A stretch of 64,000 nucleotides of DNA from Eledone cirrhosa (lineage: Eukaryota): the NCBI GenBank assembly GCA_964016885.1, contig OZ024755.1, positions 7,502,001 to 7,566,000 of the forward strand, in the 5' to 3' direction. Under the pieces are notes generated by a model that ran no database searches, was not told the DNA's origin, and saw only the letters and a program-made list of their open reading frames with translations. Position numbers and translations under genes: made by a program. Shown here one piece after another: positions 1 through 12,216 of this stretch (positions are counted from its first letter, which is position 1; each line of letters starts with the position of its first letter).

Positions 1-424
1 TTAAGTGGAAAGTTGTCTTTCTTAGATGAAGCAAATTATCCAAGTTGTAGCCCCTGCATACCTACACGAATGTTGATGAGTGAGAGATGCTGTTAAAGCT
101 GGGATATTGTGTGAATATAGTAATAAACTCGTTTACACACACCACACACACACATGCACACACACACAGCTCTATTGTATGTATTCAGACCAGGATTAAC
201 ACCACCACCACCACCACCACCACCACCACCACCATTTGACTTCTCGGTATCTTTAGTAGGGATCATGTGGTGATATGAAATGTTAAAAAAAACATTTATT
301 AACTGACCCAATCTAAGTTTGACTTGATCCCTCAGTCATTTATATACCGATATGCGATATGAGATGTTAAAAACATTTATTAAATGAGCCACTGAAATTT
401 TCATTTCGTTTCTCTCTTCCTCAG

Positions 425-524
425 GACATCGTCCAGCACTGCCGCACTTCACAAAAATCTCTCCTTATGTATTGTTTTTAGTCAAGTTGTCTTCATGGTA
501 GGAATTGATAAATATGACTACAAG
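425..524 (+). CDS. Adhesion-class (family B2) GPCR, internal exon A (ICL1-TM2-ECL1)
   Basis: Pyrimidine tract plus cag acceptor, gtaagt donor at 525. Translates TSSSTAALHKNLSLCIVFSQVVFMVGIDKYDYK, with the family-B TM2 motif LHKNL. 100 nt, ends in phase 0. Confidence 0.9.
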
Positions 525-662
525 GTAAGTTGATTATATATATATATTGACGAGGTTCTAGTATCAACTATAATCTCGCTTGCACAAGTTGAAGTATGGA
601 ATGAACACTTTTTTAGGAAAGCACCTGTCACAGAGTGCTAACCAAGTGTATGTTTTGCAATG

Positions 663-709
<47 letters not shown>

Positions 710-761
710 TAGATAGATAGATACTATATGTGAATTTAATATAATGTTATATATATTTCAG

Positions 762-930
762 ATTGTGTGTCAAGTCTTCGCCATCCTTCTACATTATTTT
801 TTCTTGGCAACATATTCTTGGATCATGAACGAAGCATTTAATCTCTACATAGTAATTACATATTCTGCACATTCGCATCGAGATTCAAACGAGTCTGGTT
901 CATTGATGCGGTATTATATCATTGGATGGA
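762..930 (+). CDS. Adhesion GPCR exon B (TM3-ICL2-start of TM4)
   Basis: tttcag acceptor, gtaagt donor at 931. IVCQVFAILLHYFFLATYSWIMNEAFNLY...RYYIIGW matches the LHYFFLA.F.WM..E and Y..GW motifs. 169 nt, ends in phase 1. Confidence 0.93.
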
Positions 931-1014
931 GTAAGTATTTAACCTTTTTGATACTAAAATACCTGAAACTGCTCCTTGTTCCAGAAAACTGTAATTTTGT
1001 GATTTTATATCTAA

Positions 1015-1200
1015 AGGAACGATCGACTTTCGCAAATCGGATCGAGGAAACAATGTTTCCAATTGCTAATACTATCTATCGGTCGCAACGTAAAATAAAA
1101 TGTCTTGTTCAAGGACATAAGGCATCGCCCGGTCTGGGAATCAAATTCACCACCTCACAATTGCGAATCAAATTCTCTAACCATTCCGCCACCCGCCTTC
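1015..1200 (-). mobile_element. Second tRNA-derived SINE family (related copy at about 60990-61200)
   Basis: Minus strand starts ggcgggtggcggaatggttagag..gaatttgattccc..gtccttgaacaagaca. Both copies share ggaaacaatgtttcca..cggtcgcaac. Confidence 0.65.
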
Positions 1201-1811
1201 ATAAATCGATATAAACAGAATCTTAATAACGAGAAAATCCCCAATTCGACTCCTAGATTGTTTTCAAAATAATTTCAAAATAATTTCAAAATCATTGACA
1301 GTATATCTCAGTAAAAATATGGTAACGAAAGGGGGGCAAGAATGGCAACAGGCCCTAAAATGTTGCCTCAAATAGGAATTCCTAATAAGTATGAAGCCTG
1401 AACCGGGACCCACAAGGTTCACTCCTGTTTTAGGTGGAAAATTGTTTCAAAATGGCTTTTTTTCTTTGTCTTTTCTTTTGTGTGCCTGACTCTATGTTAC
1501 CCCAATGTAAAGAATGAACAAATTAACCAAATATACGTTATATTTGACTGAACAAGGGAAGTAAGTTTGATGGAGTTATGTCCCATGTATCCTAATACTT
1601 TTATAATGAATCATTTTTGGTTTTATTGATGCGTCAAATTGGGATATCCTGCCGAGGTTAGCTTTAGCCTTTCGTTCGTACATGATCAATAAAACAAAGT
1701 AGCAGTTATACACTGGAGTCGATCTAATCGACTTTCCCCTCCCTCAAAATTGTTGGCCTTGTGCCTAAATCAGAAACTTTTATTTAACTAACTTACCATG
1801 TGTCGTGGTGT

Positions 1812-1912
<101 letters not shown>

Positions 1913-1960
1913 TACATACATACATACATACATACATACATACATACATACATACATACA

Positions 1961-2033
1961 TGATGATGATGGCTGCCCCCTCGTTATCGAGTATGGCCAT
2001 TGCACAATAAAAAAAAATAAAATAAAATAAAAA

Positions 2034-2097
<64 letters not shown>

Positions 2098-2130
2098 ATT
2101 AAATAAAAAAAAAAAAAAAAAAAGGGGAAA

Positions 2131-2169
<39 letters not shown>

Positions 2170-2277
2170 TACATATATATATATATACACATATATATAC
2201 ACACACACATACATACACATACACACACACATACATACACATACACTCACACATATATACACACATACATTAATAAC

Positions 2278-2308
<31 letters not shown>

Positions 2309-5300
2309 GCAATAATAATAATAACGACAACAACAATAATAATATACATATTCATATATATATACACACACACGCACGCACACAAGCATATCTACACACA
2401 CACACACACACAAACACACGATAGCAACTAACAGTGCTGCGATCGAATGTGGCTTTTTAGCCCAGCCAATGATCTAAAATGTCTTGCACAGAGTCGGCAA
2501 CCAAAACATTTACTGGGAATAGTCGGCTGTGGTTGGAGTTCGTGTACTTTTGCATGTCGCTTGAGTCCTCCTGCTGATTTACATTCTCTACCACATGTTT
2601 GGCAAGCATGATGAGTAGCATCTCCAACAGCAGCCTGGTAGTCAACCACTGGTCTTACTTTATGACTGCGAAGATGACTTTCGAGTCCAGCTTTGCTTAG
2701 GCAGAGTCTCGCACAGACGCTGCATGTCAGAAACATAGGAGGACCCTCGCCGTCTGGAAGTGCAACAGCAATACCCTTCCTCACGTCCCGCTTTACTTTC
2801 TCGTGTGCGATTCGAGATGCCTCAAAGGCAACTTTTCCCTCATATACAGTCTTTCTCCATTTATTACGATCAGCAGCAATATTTTCCCATGTATCAGCAG
2901 AGATGTTAGCGTCTTTCAGAGAGGCTTTCAAGGAATCCTTATACCTCTTTTTTGGTTTATGTGGCGGTCGTTTTCCTTTAACCAACTCTCCATAGAAGAG
3001 TTGTTTTGGTATTCTAGAATCCTTCATCCTGGCAAGGTGACCACTCCAACGGAGTCGCTGCTTAAGCACAAGAGCTTCTATACTGTCACACATAGAGCTT
3101 TCCAAAATCTCGACATCACTGATGTGGTCCCTCCAGCGAACGCCATGTATCCGTCTGAGACACATCTGATGGAAACGCTCCAATTGCTTAAGGTGGCGTC
3201 GATATGCGACCCAGGTCTCGCAGGCATAAAGAAGACAAGAGAGTACACATGCCCTGTACACCCTTACCTTTGTCCTCCTGCATATGTCTCGCCGACCCCA
3301 GAGTCGCCTTTCTAGCTTTCCGAAAGCATCACTTGCTTTCCTAATCCTAAGTGAGATTTCACTGTCAAGGTTGCCGTATCGATTGACAGTGCTTCCCAGG
3401 TAGACAAACTGATCAACCACTCCAAGTCGTCTGCCATACACATAGATGTTTGGTTCAGTGTACTGCCCACCAGGTGCAGGTTGGTACATGACGACGGTTT
3501 TCTTGAGACTGACAGTCAAACCCAGGGCAGTGCAAGCGTCAGAAAATACATTCAAAATGTGCTGCATATCACTCTCTGTGTGCGCTACAAGATCGCAATC
3601 ATCTGCATACAAGAGGTCTCTTATGACTGATGTAAATACTTTTGTCTTCGCAGCAAAGCGCCTGATGTTAAATATGCTGCCTGAGGTTCGATATCGGATG
3701 TAAACACCATGCTCGCAATTCCTGAATGCAATACAGAAAACCATTGCAAAGTATATGGCAAACAGGGTCGGTGCTGGAATATCCCCCTGTTTCACTCCAT
3801 TTTTTACTGAGATAGGCTCCGACATGTTACCTCCGACATTAACCCAAGCCTTCATGTCGTCATGGAAAGACCTAACTAAAGCAAGGAACTTATCAGGGCA
3901 ACCAAGTTTCTGGAGAACCTTCCATAATGCATCTCTGTTGACAGTATCGAAAGCCTTTGTCAGATCGACAAAAACCTGATACAGATCCAAGCCCTGTTCA
4001 ATGCACTTCTCCTGGAGCTGTCTAGCTGAGAAGATCATATCAGTAGTGCCGCGTCCAACACGAAAACCAGATTGACTTTCAGGAAGGACACAATCTGCAA
4101 TGTGTGTCAGCAGACGGTCCAGAAGCACCCTACATAAAACTTTCCCCACGACAGAAAGCAATGATATACCTCTGTAGTTCCCACAATCATTCCTGTTACC
4201 CTTTCCCTTGTACAAGACCACCATTACTGCATCTCTCCAGTCCTCAGGCACGGATTCATTAGCCCATATCCTTCCAAACAGAGAGTGAAGATGTTGCAGG
4301 AGTCTCTCACCACCATATTGTAGGAGCTCAGCATGTATGCCATCCATACCTGGAGATCTTCCACTGTTCAGCTTCGAAATAGCCACTGCAACCTCCACAA
4401 GTGTCGGAGGTTCTGCGAGAGCTACTTTCACAGGACTTTCCGGAATGAGATTGAGGAAATCTTCACTGACGACAGACGGCTGATTCAAAAGATCATCAAA
4501 GTGCTCTCGCCACCTTCGTAGAATTCCCTGTGAGTCACGAAGAAGTTCTCTGCCATCCTTGCTGCGAATCGGTGTCACCAGAGAAGAAGACGGTCCATAA
4601 ACCTCACGCAAGAGACTGTACAACAGCTTTGTGTTATTGCAATCAGACGCAGTTTGTATCTCACTAGCCTTCTCACTCCACCACTGATCCTTCATCTGAG
4701 AAAGACTCCGCCTAACACGTGATTTTACATCCCTGAGCTCCTCATGCAACGTATTCCTCTCCTGTGGTTTTGCCGTCAAGTAGCGTGACAGAGCGCGCCT
4801 CTTATCAGCCAACAAGTCATCTATATGCACATCTTTCTCATTAAACCAGTCCTGATGTTTTCTCTGCACCAATCCCAGAACACGTCTGCCTACATCATAA
4901 ACCGACTTTTTAAGGGTCGGCCAATCCTCACCAAGATCTGCAGCCTGCATCTCTTCTTCCAATGTCCTCTTCACATTTTTATCCTTAAGACGAGCAGCAT
5001 TCAATCTTTTGGGCAGGGTAACACCAGGAGCCCGGATTTTACGTTTGGTGATTAGATTCACTTTTGCGCGTACCAGGCGGTGGTCCGTCCAGCACTCAGC
5101 TCCACGAAGAACACGAACACACCGCACATCCTGTCTGTCACGCATCCTGACTAGGACGTAGTCCAAAAGATGCCATTCCTTAGATGCAGGATGCATCCAT
5201 GTGGTCTTGAATTTGTTCTTTTGTTGGAACATGGTGTTGGTAACACACAGATCCAGCTCCTCACACATCTGCAGCAAGAGCATACCATTGCTGTTACACT

Positions 5301-6015
5301 TTCCCACCCCATGCCTTCCGATTACATTCCATGTGTTAAAATCCCTACCCACTCTAGCATTAAAGTCACCAAGCACGATGACTTTGTCTGCCTGAGGGAT
5401 ATTTCTTAAAACACCTTTCAAGGCATGGTAAAAGGACAGTTTTTCTTCATCGACAGAATTCATAGTTGGAGCATACACACTCACCAGGGTAGCATATCTT
5501 CCCTTGTCCAGCGGAACTCTCATGGACATAAGACGCCCACTAATCCCCACTGGGTATTCTTCCAATTTATTCACCAGTACAGTCTTAACAGCAAATCCTA
5601 CCCCAGCCTCTCTTCTGGTTCCTTCATCTCTTCCTTTCCAGAAGAATGTATATTCTCCACAAAATTCCGTAAGATGACCATCTCCAGCTAACCTCGTCTC
5701 AGACAAAGCCACGATGTCAAGATCGTAACGTCGAAGCTCCTTTGCAACAAGAGCGGTCCTTCGTTCAGGACGCTCCAAAGAATCCCTGTCAAGCAGCGTC
5801 CGTACGTTCCAGCAGCCAAGACTAAATGCCCTGTTTGGCTCTATTACAATGGCACGATGACGGGCGGGCCCAGGTTGTGATAACTTGGGGCCCCTGCCCT
5901 TATTGCCAATGATCCTTTTTGTTCCAGAACCCAAATTGGCAATTATCTCGTTTACATTGTTCTGGAACATCATTGAATTGGAAAAAAAAAAAAAAAAAAA
6001 AAAAAAGTAATAATA

Positions 6016-6050
<35 letters not shown>

Positions 6051-6353
6051 ACACTATTAATAATTATTAATGCACTCGTGCAATGCCTGTGCGTGACGAA
6101 TATTTTTAAAGTGAGGAAAGACTGTGCACTGAACCAATCCCACTCTCTGAGCGACAGTAGCTATAACCCGAAAAGAAGAAAAGATCAACATCATCGGTAA
6201 CTACTGAGCCGCAGGTTTTATATCGGAGTTAACCCAGTTTCCTGAGATGCCTTCTCCTAGAAGAATACCCTGACATGGGCTAGGGGTTCTTCACTCCCAG
6301 TGGTTTAACTGCGCGATCGGGCATCCAGCCCGATTATTTCTATGTCCCCGCGC
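1961..6353 (-). mobile_element. Apparently full-length RTE-clade LINE, antisense in GPCR intron B-C
   Basis: Single long ORF. The minus-strand 3' end has a ctcg-ataa-cgag hairpin followed by gcagcc(atc)n, an RTE-type tail. About 380 nt of 5' UTR. Boundaries are approximate and no TSD is recognisable among the microsatellites. Confidence 0.85.
2428..5973 (-). CDS. RTE LINE ORF: APE endonuclease, reverse transcriptase and three C-terminal C2H2 zinc fingers
   Basis: 1181 aa, uninterrupted. APE motifs WNVRTL, LSETR, SVYAPT, GDFNARVG, LDYVL, TDHRLV. RT motifs YRGISLL, QSGFR, FVDLTKAFDTV, GVKQG, LYADD. Fingers CSVC..HLRSH, CQTC..HAKVH, CRLC..HIRSQH. Confidence 0.96.
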   Translation of the reverse strand: MMFQNNVNEIIANLGSGTKRIIGNKGRGPKLSQPGPARHRAIVIEPNRAFSLGCWNVRTLLDRDSLERPERRTALVAKELRRYDLDIVALSETRLAGDGHLTEFCGEYTFFWKGRDEGTRREAGVGFAVKTVLVNKLEEYPVGISGRLMSMRVPLDKGRYATLVSVYAPTMNSVDEEKLSFYHALKGVLRNIPQADKVIVLGDFNARVGRDFNTWNVIGRHGVGKCNSNGMLLLQMCEELDLCVTNTMFQQKNKFKTTWMHPASKEWHLLDYVLVRMRDRQDVRCVRVLRGAECWTDHRLVRAKVNLITKRKIRAPGVTLPKRLNAARLKDKNVKRTLEEEMQAADLGEDWPTLKKSVYDVGRRVLGLVQRKHQDWFNEKDVHIDDLLADKRRALSRYLTAKPQERNTLHEELRDVKSRVRRSLSQMKDQWWSEKASEIQTASDCNNTKLLYSLLREVYGPSSSLVTPIRSKDGRELLRDSQGILRRWREHFDDLLNQPSVVSEDFLNLIPESPVKVALAEPPTLVEVAVAISKLNSGRSPGMDGIHAELLQYGGERLLQHLHSLFGRIWANESVPEDWRDAVMVVLYKGKGNRNDCGNYRGISLLSVVGKVLCRVLLDRLLTHIADCVLPESQSGFRVGRGTTDMIFSARQLQEKCIEQGLDLYQVFVDLTKAFDTVNRDALWKVLQKLGCPDKFLALVRSFHDDMKAWVNVGGNMSEPISVKNGVKQGDIPAPTLFAIYFAMVFCIAFRNCEHGVYIRYRTSGSIFNIRRFAAKTKVFTSVIRDLLYADDCDLVAHTESDMQHILNVFSDACTALGLTVSLKKTVVMYQPAPGGQYTEPNIYVYGRRLGVVDQFVYLGSTVNRYGNLDSEISLRIRKASDAFGKLERRLWGRRDICRRTKVRVYRACVLSCLLYACETWVAYRRHLKQLERFHQMCLRRIHGVRWRDHISDVEILESSMCDSIEALVLKQRLRWSGHLARMKDSRIPKQLFYGELVKGKRPPHKPKKRYKDSLKASLKDANISADTWENIAADRNKWRKTVYEGKVAFEASRIAHEKVKRDVRKGIAVALPDGEGPPMFLTCSVCARLCLSKAGLESHLRSHKVRPVVDYQAAVGDATHHACQTCGRECKSAGGLKRHAKVHELQPQPTIPSKCFGCRLCARHFRSLAGLKSHIRSQHC

Positions 6354-6821
6354 AAAAAAAAAAAAAAAAAAAAAAAAATTACTTATTGACACTTATACGT
6401 ACGACATACACACACACGCATACATATGCGTAGACACAGCAACACTCACACACACAACAAACACACACACACGCTACTCTACTCACTTACACGCACACAC
6501 ACACATATATATATATATATTACCGTCATTACTGATACAAGATTACCAGATTATGTCAACTGTTGACTTTCAAGAGTTTGTATAGTTGAAGCCGATCGTA
6601 TTACAGTCCAGTATTACTATAATTGCTTTACAGCATAGAGTTATGGCTCTCCACGGAGTCAACAAAAGAGAGTACCAGTGATGCGCTGGCCAGTCGCTGG
6701 ATCCGTGCCAAAAGCAGAAAAAATTATTATTAAAGTTGTTCTTAAGGCCAGGTCGCTGGTGATGGTGATGGCGACGGCGGTGGCGGTGGTGGTGGTGGTG
6801 GCAGTTGATGTTGTTGTTCTG

Positions 6822-6902
<81 letters not shown>

Positions 6903-6960
6903 GTTATTTTGAGTTGTTTTTTTCCTTTCTTTTTTTTTTTTTTTTATATACATACATACA

Positions 6961-6991
<31 letters not shown>

Positions 6992-7252
6992 CTTCACTGC
7001 ACTTATACCATTAAGTTCACGTGAAGATATGTCACTATCTTCACACCAATTATTATATTTTATCTGACGAAAGCGTACTTAAATATTAGTACCCTTGAAA
7101 TACGTATAATAAAATAAATATGGTTTTATAAAGATATTGTCCGTTTATAAATATTATTAATATTAATGATACTCCAGATTAATACCGTCGAGTGCTTCTA
7201 ATCTGTTGTAAAATTAACTTTGTTGAATAATCAACAGTCCATATAACTCATT

Positions 7253-7296
<44 letters not shown>

Positions 7297-7359
7297 CTAA
7301 TCTTTAATCATTTTATCTATAAATATTCTATTTATTATTATTATTTTTTTCTTTTACAG

Positions 7360-7426
7360 TCTTCCCTGCTGTTTTAGTTGGTGCATTCGTTGGCTCACAC
7401 GGGGAAACTTATTACGCACCTGATAT
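7360..7426 (+). CDS. Adhesion GPCR exon C (TM4-ECL2)
   Basis: ttttacag acceptor, gtaagt donor. Phase matches exon B: (I)FPAVLVGAFVGSHGETYYAPD(M). 67 nt. Confidence 0.9.
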
Positions 7427-8713
7427 GTAAGTATTAGTACTCCATACCTTAGATCTGGTCTTCACAAACAATGTACCTTCATGCAGTAGCGTATGAGAAG
7501 ACATACCTAGGTGTAACACGAGATTTAGTATGGTGCCCCACAAAAATATAATTAAACTTAAATGATGTGAAATATACCAACTGAAGAGGAAAGGTATCAT
7601 TCGTTTTTGTTGTTTAAATCAGTGCGGAATGGGCGATGCACATGACTCTTCTCAGAATCTCTGGGGTTAGAAGGAGGGTGGAATGTATCCTTAAATCGAA
7701 GACTAACCTGAATGCCTGCAACAGACTGGATACCAATAAATGCACCCAAGCGCCAGATAATTGTGTTAAATCAGGCAATACGTTTAAAATATTACCCAAG
7801 CATGCCACAGTGGGATTTGAACACAGGACACAAAGAACTAATATATATACCACGAGAGATCTCACGATAAGATACCAGCGTGTGTGGAATGCTCAGCCAC
7901 TTGCGTGTTAATTTCATAAGCAGGCTGTTCTGTTGAGAAAACAACTGAAACACTCATCGTGGAATCAATAGATGCCCATTCCATTTTGATATGTGCACCT
8001 GTGTAAGAGTGTATGGGTGCGTACATGAACGTGCATGTATGTGCGGGTGTATATATGGGTGTATATATGTGATTATACATATGTGATCCTGTTGAAAGCA
8101 CATGTGAAATTGTGTACCGAATGTCCGCTTTTTTCATAATGGAATGAGTGGACGACATCACGCGGATGTCATATGAGGTATTACTCGCTCTCTCTCTCCC
8201 CCTAACACAACATTAATACTAACCAATATTACTAAATAAACAAACAATTTATCTCCCCCCCCCCTTTTTTTTGTCTCTACATTTCTTTCCATATTTATAT
8301 ATTTAGACTTTGTTGATTTGTTTTCTATTTATATGACCCCCCCCCCTACCTCCTCACTCTCATTGTCTAATTGTTATGTCTCGCTTTATACTATCATATG
8401 TTAACGGTCAACAATGCCTGTTATATGCCATCTTACTGATTTATAGCAACTAAATAACCACCATGTATTGTTTAATAACTCCCTTTCTTTATTATTTGTA
8501 TTATCATTATTATTATCCGCATAATATTTTACTTATTCACTGCTCTATCTCTATAATATTTTGTATCAGTTTTTTTCAATTATCCCTTACATAACTTTTC
8601 AATGATTACAAATGATTACAACATTAAATCATTGCGTGTTCATATATATATATGTATGTGTATATATGTGTAATCCTTCTGATTTTTGTTTATATATTTT
8701 CTCTGTACAAAAG

Positions 8714-8774
8714 GTGCTGGATTGCTTGGGGACACATATGGCTGTTTTTAGGACCAGCTGTTGGAATTATAGCC
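8714..8774 (+). CDS. Adhesion GPCR exon D (ECL2 CW motif, TM5)
   Basis: aag acceptor, gtatgt donor. (M)CWIAWGHIWLFLGPAVGIIA carries the conserved CW and F.GP motifs. 61 nt, phases compatible. Confidence 0.88.
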
Positions 8775-9119
8775 GTATGTATAATTTTCTATTCTGAAAT
8801 TCCTTTGAATTTGAAGTAAAGGATATAAATATGAAAGCCATTTTATTCATTTATATATATATATTGAAAACAAAATTAAAAATTGACTAAAAATATTTTA
8901 ATTTAAGCCGAATTTGAACAAATAAATCGGTTTTTAAATTATATAATTTGTTCAGAACTAAAAATATGTTGGGAACTAACGTAACAATGATAGACAGTCG
9001 ACGTGGCTTGTAATAAATTAGGAAAAGCTCACAAGCTTGAAAGTAGAAAATCATACTTTTGTTTTAAGTAAATAATGTATATTTTCAATGTGTTTATTTT
9101 ATTTTTAATTTTGTGGTCG

Positions 9120-9700
9120 GTCTAGTGGCTTCTTTTGGAAAGGTGTCATGAGGAGGGAAAGCTGGTGATGGCAAGGTATAAAGCCTGTAATAGTGACATG
9201 CCATGAGTGTGGAACATTTTTACGACCTCGTCAATCCACCCATTATGTGGCCTTGTCATAGGTATGGGGAGGAAGATAGTGATCTGCAGCAAATTGTGAG
9301 GCCTGAGTGTTGAGTATATCTGTGACCCCATCAATCCATCATCGTCTTGGTTTTACATGGTGATGAAGACCCGCAGTGTCAACTAGCATTGTTTCCATGT
9401 GACCAAACGTTTTTAATTGTTGTTGATCTCTGAGCCAGATGATAAGTATGGTACCAATGATAGGCCTGATGTTGTCACACAGATTGTACGATTCCCCCTG
9501 GGATCATTCTCTCAGTCTAGTTCAGACACTGCTATGTAAGGGTAGAGATAAATATTGTGTTGATCAGTTTTGCTTTAGACTCCATAGATATGGTTATGTT
9601 CTTTAGGGGAGGTGCAAGTTGATAGTTGATTGAGTTTACCTTCTGTATTCTAATCTCTATAACTCTGTCCATATCTCTATCTGGTTTTACAACATACACC
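9120..9700 (-). pseudogene. Ancient LINE (RTE-like) 3' remnant
   Basis: KAKLINTIFISTLT and RPHNGWIDEV resemble the RTE post-RT motifs 'K..LY......LTY' and 'GRP...W.D.V'. Heavily decayed. Confidence 0.4.
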
Positions 9701-10401
9701 CTCATCCAGGTGACCTGACTATGGGACATATCATCAGTGTCACTGGGTGTTTTGCTTCTCACGACATACACTAATCCTCATTCAATGTGACCTGTAACCA
9801 CTGGATGTTTCTGGTCTTACAACACAGCCACCCTCACTCAGTTTACCTGGCTATAGGACACACCATCAACCATGTGTTGTGTCCAGGAGTCATTGAGTGT
9901 TTCGGTTCTCACAACATACACTCTCTTTTAGGTGACCTAACTGCGAGACACATCATTGGTGTTGTATCGTGCTGTCACTGAATGTTTCAGAGGGTTTTAG
10001 AACATACACTCCCATGCAGGTGGCCCAACAGAGGTTGATTAAACCTCAGGTTGTCTCCTAGTGGCATACATACTACTAATGATGACAGTCACACTACATT
10101 CATAGTGTTTTTGATATTTGATAACACTCCTCCAACTCATTCTAGCAATACCAAACGTTTCACAGGCTTTACTAAGGACATGTAAACCATTCTCTATGAA
10201 ACTACATTAGTATGCTTGGTCCCCCATCCGTCTCGTTGCAGTTTTCTATAGTGTTAGTGTCAGTACACGACCAGTATACTTTCTTTATTCAAGTACATTC
10301 AGATATGTTCTAGGTTCATATGTAGTTTTCTGGACATTTCCACTGATATTTACAGTGATTCTTTTCTATATGCAATAAACACATTCATGGGTAATATATC
10401 T

Positions 10402-10467
<66 letters not shown>

Positions 10468-10760
10468 CAAATAACGAAACGAAATTAAATTTCGTTTCGT
10501 TTGTAACTCACTTTTGTATGACTGACGCTTAAACAATTAAGTTAAAGATGTACATCCATATATGTATACTGAAATACTAGTATGTATATGAATACACACA
10601 CGTATACATATGTAGATGTACCAAGTTTTTTTTTTCACTGGTCACTTTACTGTGAGTGGCCAGCTATTCTGTATGTAAACACACAGACAAACCGGTTTTT
10701 AGAGTCATACTGGTTTTTGAGGAAACACCTTTCCTCTATTCTCCAGAAAGCCAGACAAGG

Positions 10761-10805
10761 AATATTGAACTAGTTTCGTTGTTGTTACAACTCATCAGCA
10801 ATATT
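10761..10805 (-). ncRNA. Type I hammerhead ribozyme, copy 1
   Basis: Minus strand reads aauauug-CUGAUGA-guug(uaacaa)caac-GAAAC-ua-GUU-caauauu: 7-bp stem I, 4-bp stem II, minimal palindromic stem III (ACUAGU), GUU cleavage triplet. Confidence 0.88.
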
Positions 10806-11231
10806 TACCTATCTTCCGGCCTCTCTAGAGAATCGTAAAAGCACATATCGTTATATGCTTTTTCTATGAAAATTAGTAGTGGGCAGACTAATTTGCATAG
10901 AGTGTGAGTAAGTACCGGTTCAACGGAGACGATAAAAACAAATAACGAAACGAAATTAAATTTCGTTTCGTTTGTAACTCACTTTTGTATGACTGACGCT
11001 TAAACAATTAAGTTAAAGATGTACATCCATATATGTATACTGAAATACTAGTATGTATATGAATACACACACGTATACATATGTAGATGTACCAAGTTTT
11101 TTTTTTCACTGGTCACTTTACTGTGAGTGGCCAGCTATTCTGTATGTAAACACACAGACAAACCGGTTTTTAGAGTCATACTGGTTTTTGAGGAAACACC
11201 TTTCCTCTATTCTCCAGAAAGCCAGACAAGG

Positions 11232-11276
11232 AATATTGAACTAGTTTCGTTGTTGTTACAACTCATCAGCAATATT
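11232..11276 (-). ncRNA. Type I hammerhead ribozyme, copy 2
   Basis: Identical to copy 1, 471 nt away. Confidence 0.88.
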
Positions 11277-11701
11277 TACCTATCTTCCGGCCTCTCTAGA
11301 GAATCGTAAAAGCACATATCGTTATATGCTTTTTCTATGAAAATTAGTAGTGGGCAGACTAATTTGCATAGAGTGTGAGTAAGTACCGGTTCAACGGAGA
11401 CGATAAAAACAAATAACGAAACGAAATTAAATTTCGTTTCGTTTGTAACTCACTTTTGTATGACTGACGCTTAAACAATTAAGTTAAAGATGTACATCCA
11501 TATATGTATACTGAAATACTAGTATGTATATGAATACACACACGTATACATATGTAGATGTACCAAGTTTTTTTTTCACTGGTCACTTTACTGTGAGTGG
11601 CCAGCTATTCTGTATGTAAACACACAGACAAACCGGTTTTTAGAGTCATACTGGTTTTTGAGGAAACACCTTTCCTCTATTCTCCAGAAAGCCAGACAAG
11701 G

Positions 11702-11746
11702 AATATTGAACTAGTTTCGTTGTTGTTACAACTCATCAGCAATATT
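11702..11746 (-). ncRNA. Type I hammerhead ribozyme, copy 3
   Basis: Identical to copy 1, 470 nt from copy 2. Confidence 0.88.
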
Positions 11747-12171
11747 TACCTATCTTCCGGCCTCTCTAGAGAATCGTAAAAGCACATATCGTTATATGCT
11801 TTTTCTATGAAAATTAGTAGTGGGCAGACTAATTTGCATAGAGTGTGAGTAAGTACCGGTTCAACGGAGACGATAAAAACAAATAACGAAACGAAATTAA
11901 ATTTCGTTTCGTTTGTAACTCACTTTTGTATGACTGACGCTTAAACAATTAAGTTAAAGATGTACATCCATATATGTATACTGAAATACTAGTATGTATA
12001 TGAATACACACACGTATACATATGTAGATGTACCAAGTTTTTTTTTCACTGGTCACTTTACTGTGAGTGGCCAGCTATTCTGTATGTAAACACACAGACA
12101 AACCGGTTTTTAGAGTCATACTGGTTTTTGATGAAACACCTTTCCTCTATTCTCCAGAAAGCCAGACAAGG

Positions 12172-12216
12172 AATATTGAACTAGTTTCGTTGTTGTTACA
12201 ACTCATCAGCAATATT
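12172..12216 (-). ncRNA. Type I hammerhead ribozyme, copy 4
   Basis: Identical to copy 1, 470-nt spacing. Confidence 0.88.

Noticed and set aside
744-1214. 156-aa ORF as a complete gene
   Set aside because: Only 762-930 is exonic; the rest reads through intron and SINE sequence.
2693-5691. + strand ORFs overlapping the LINE
   Set aside because: They are antisense shadows of the RTE ORF.
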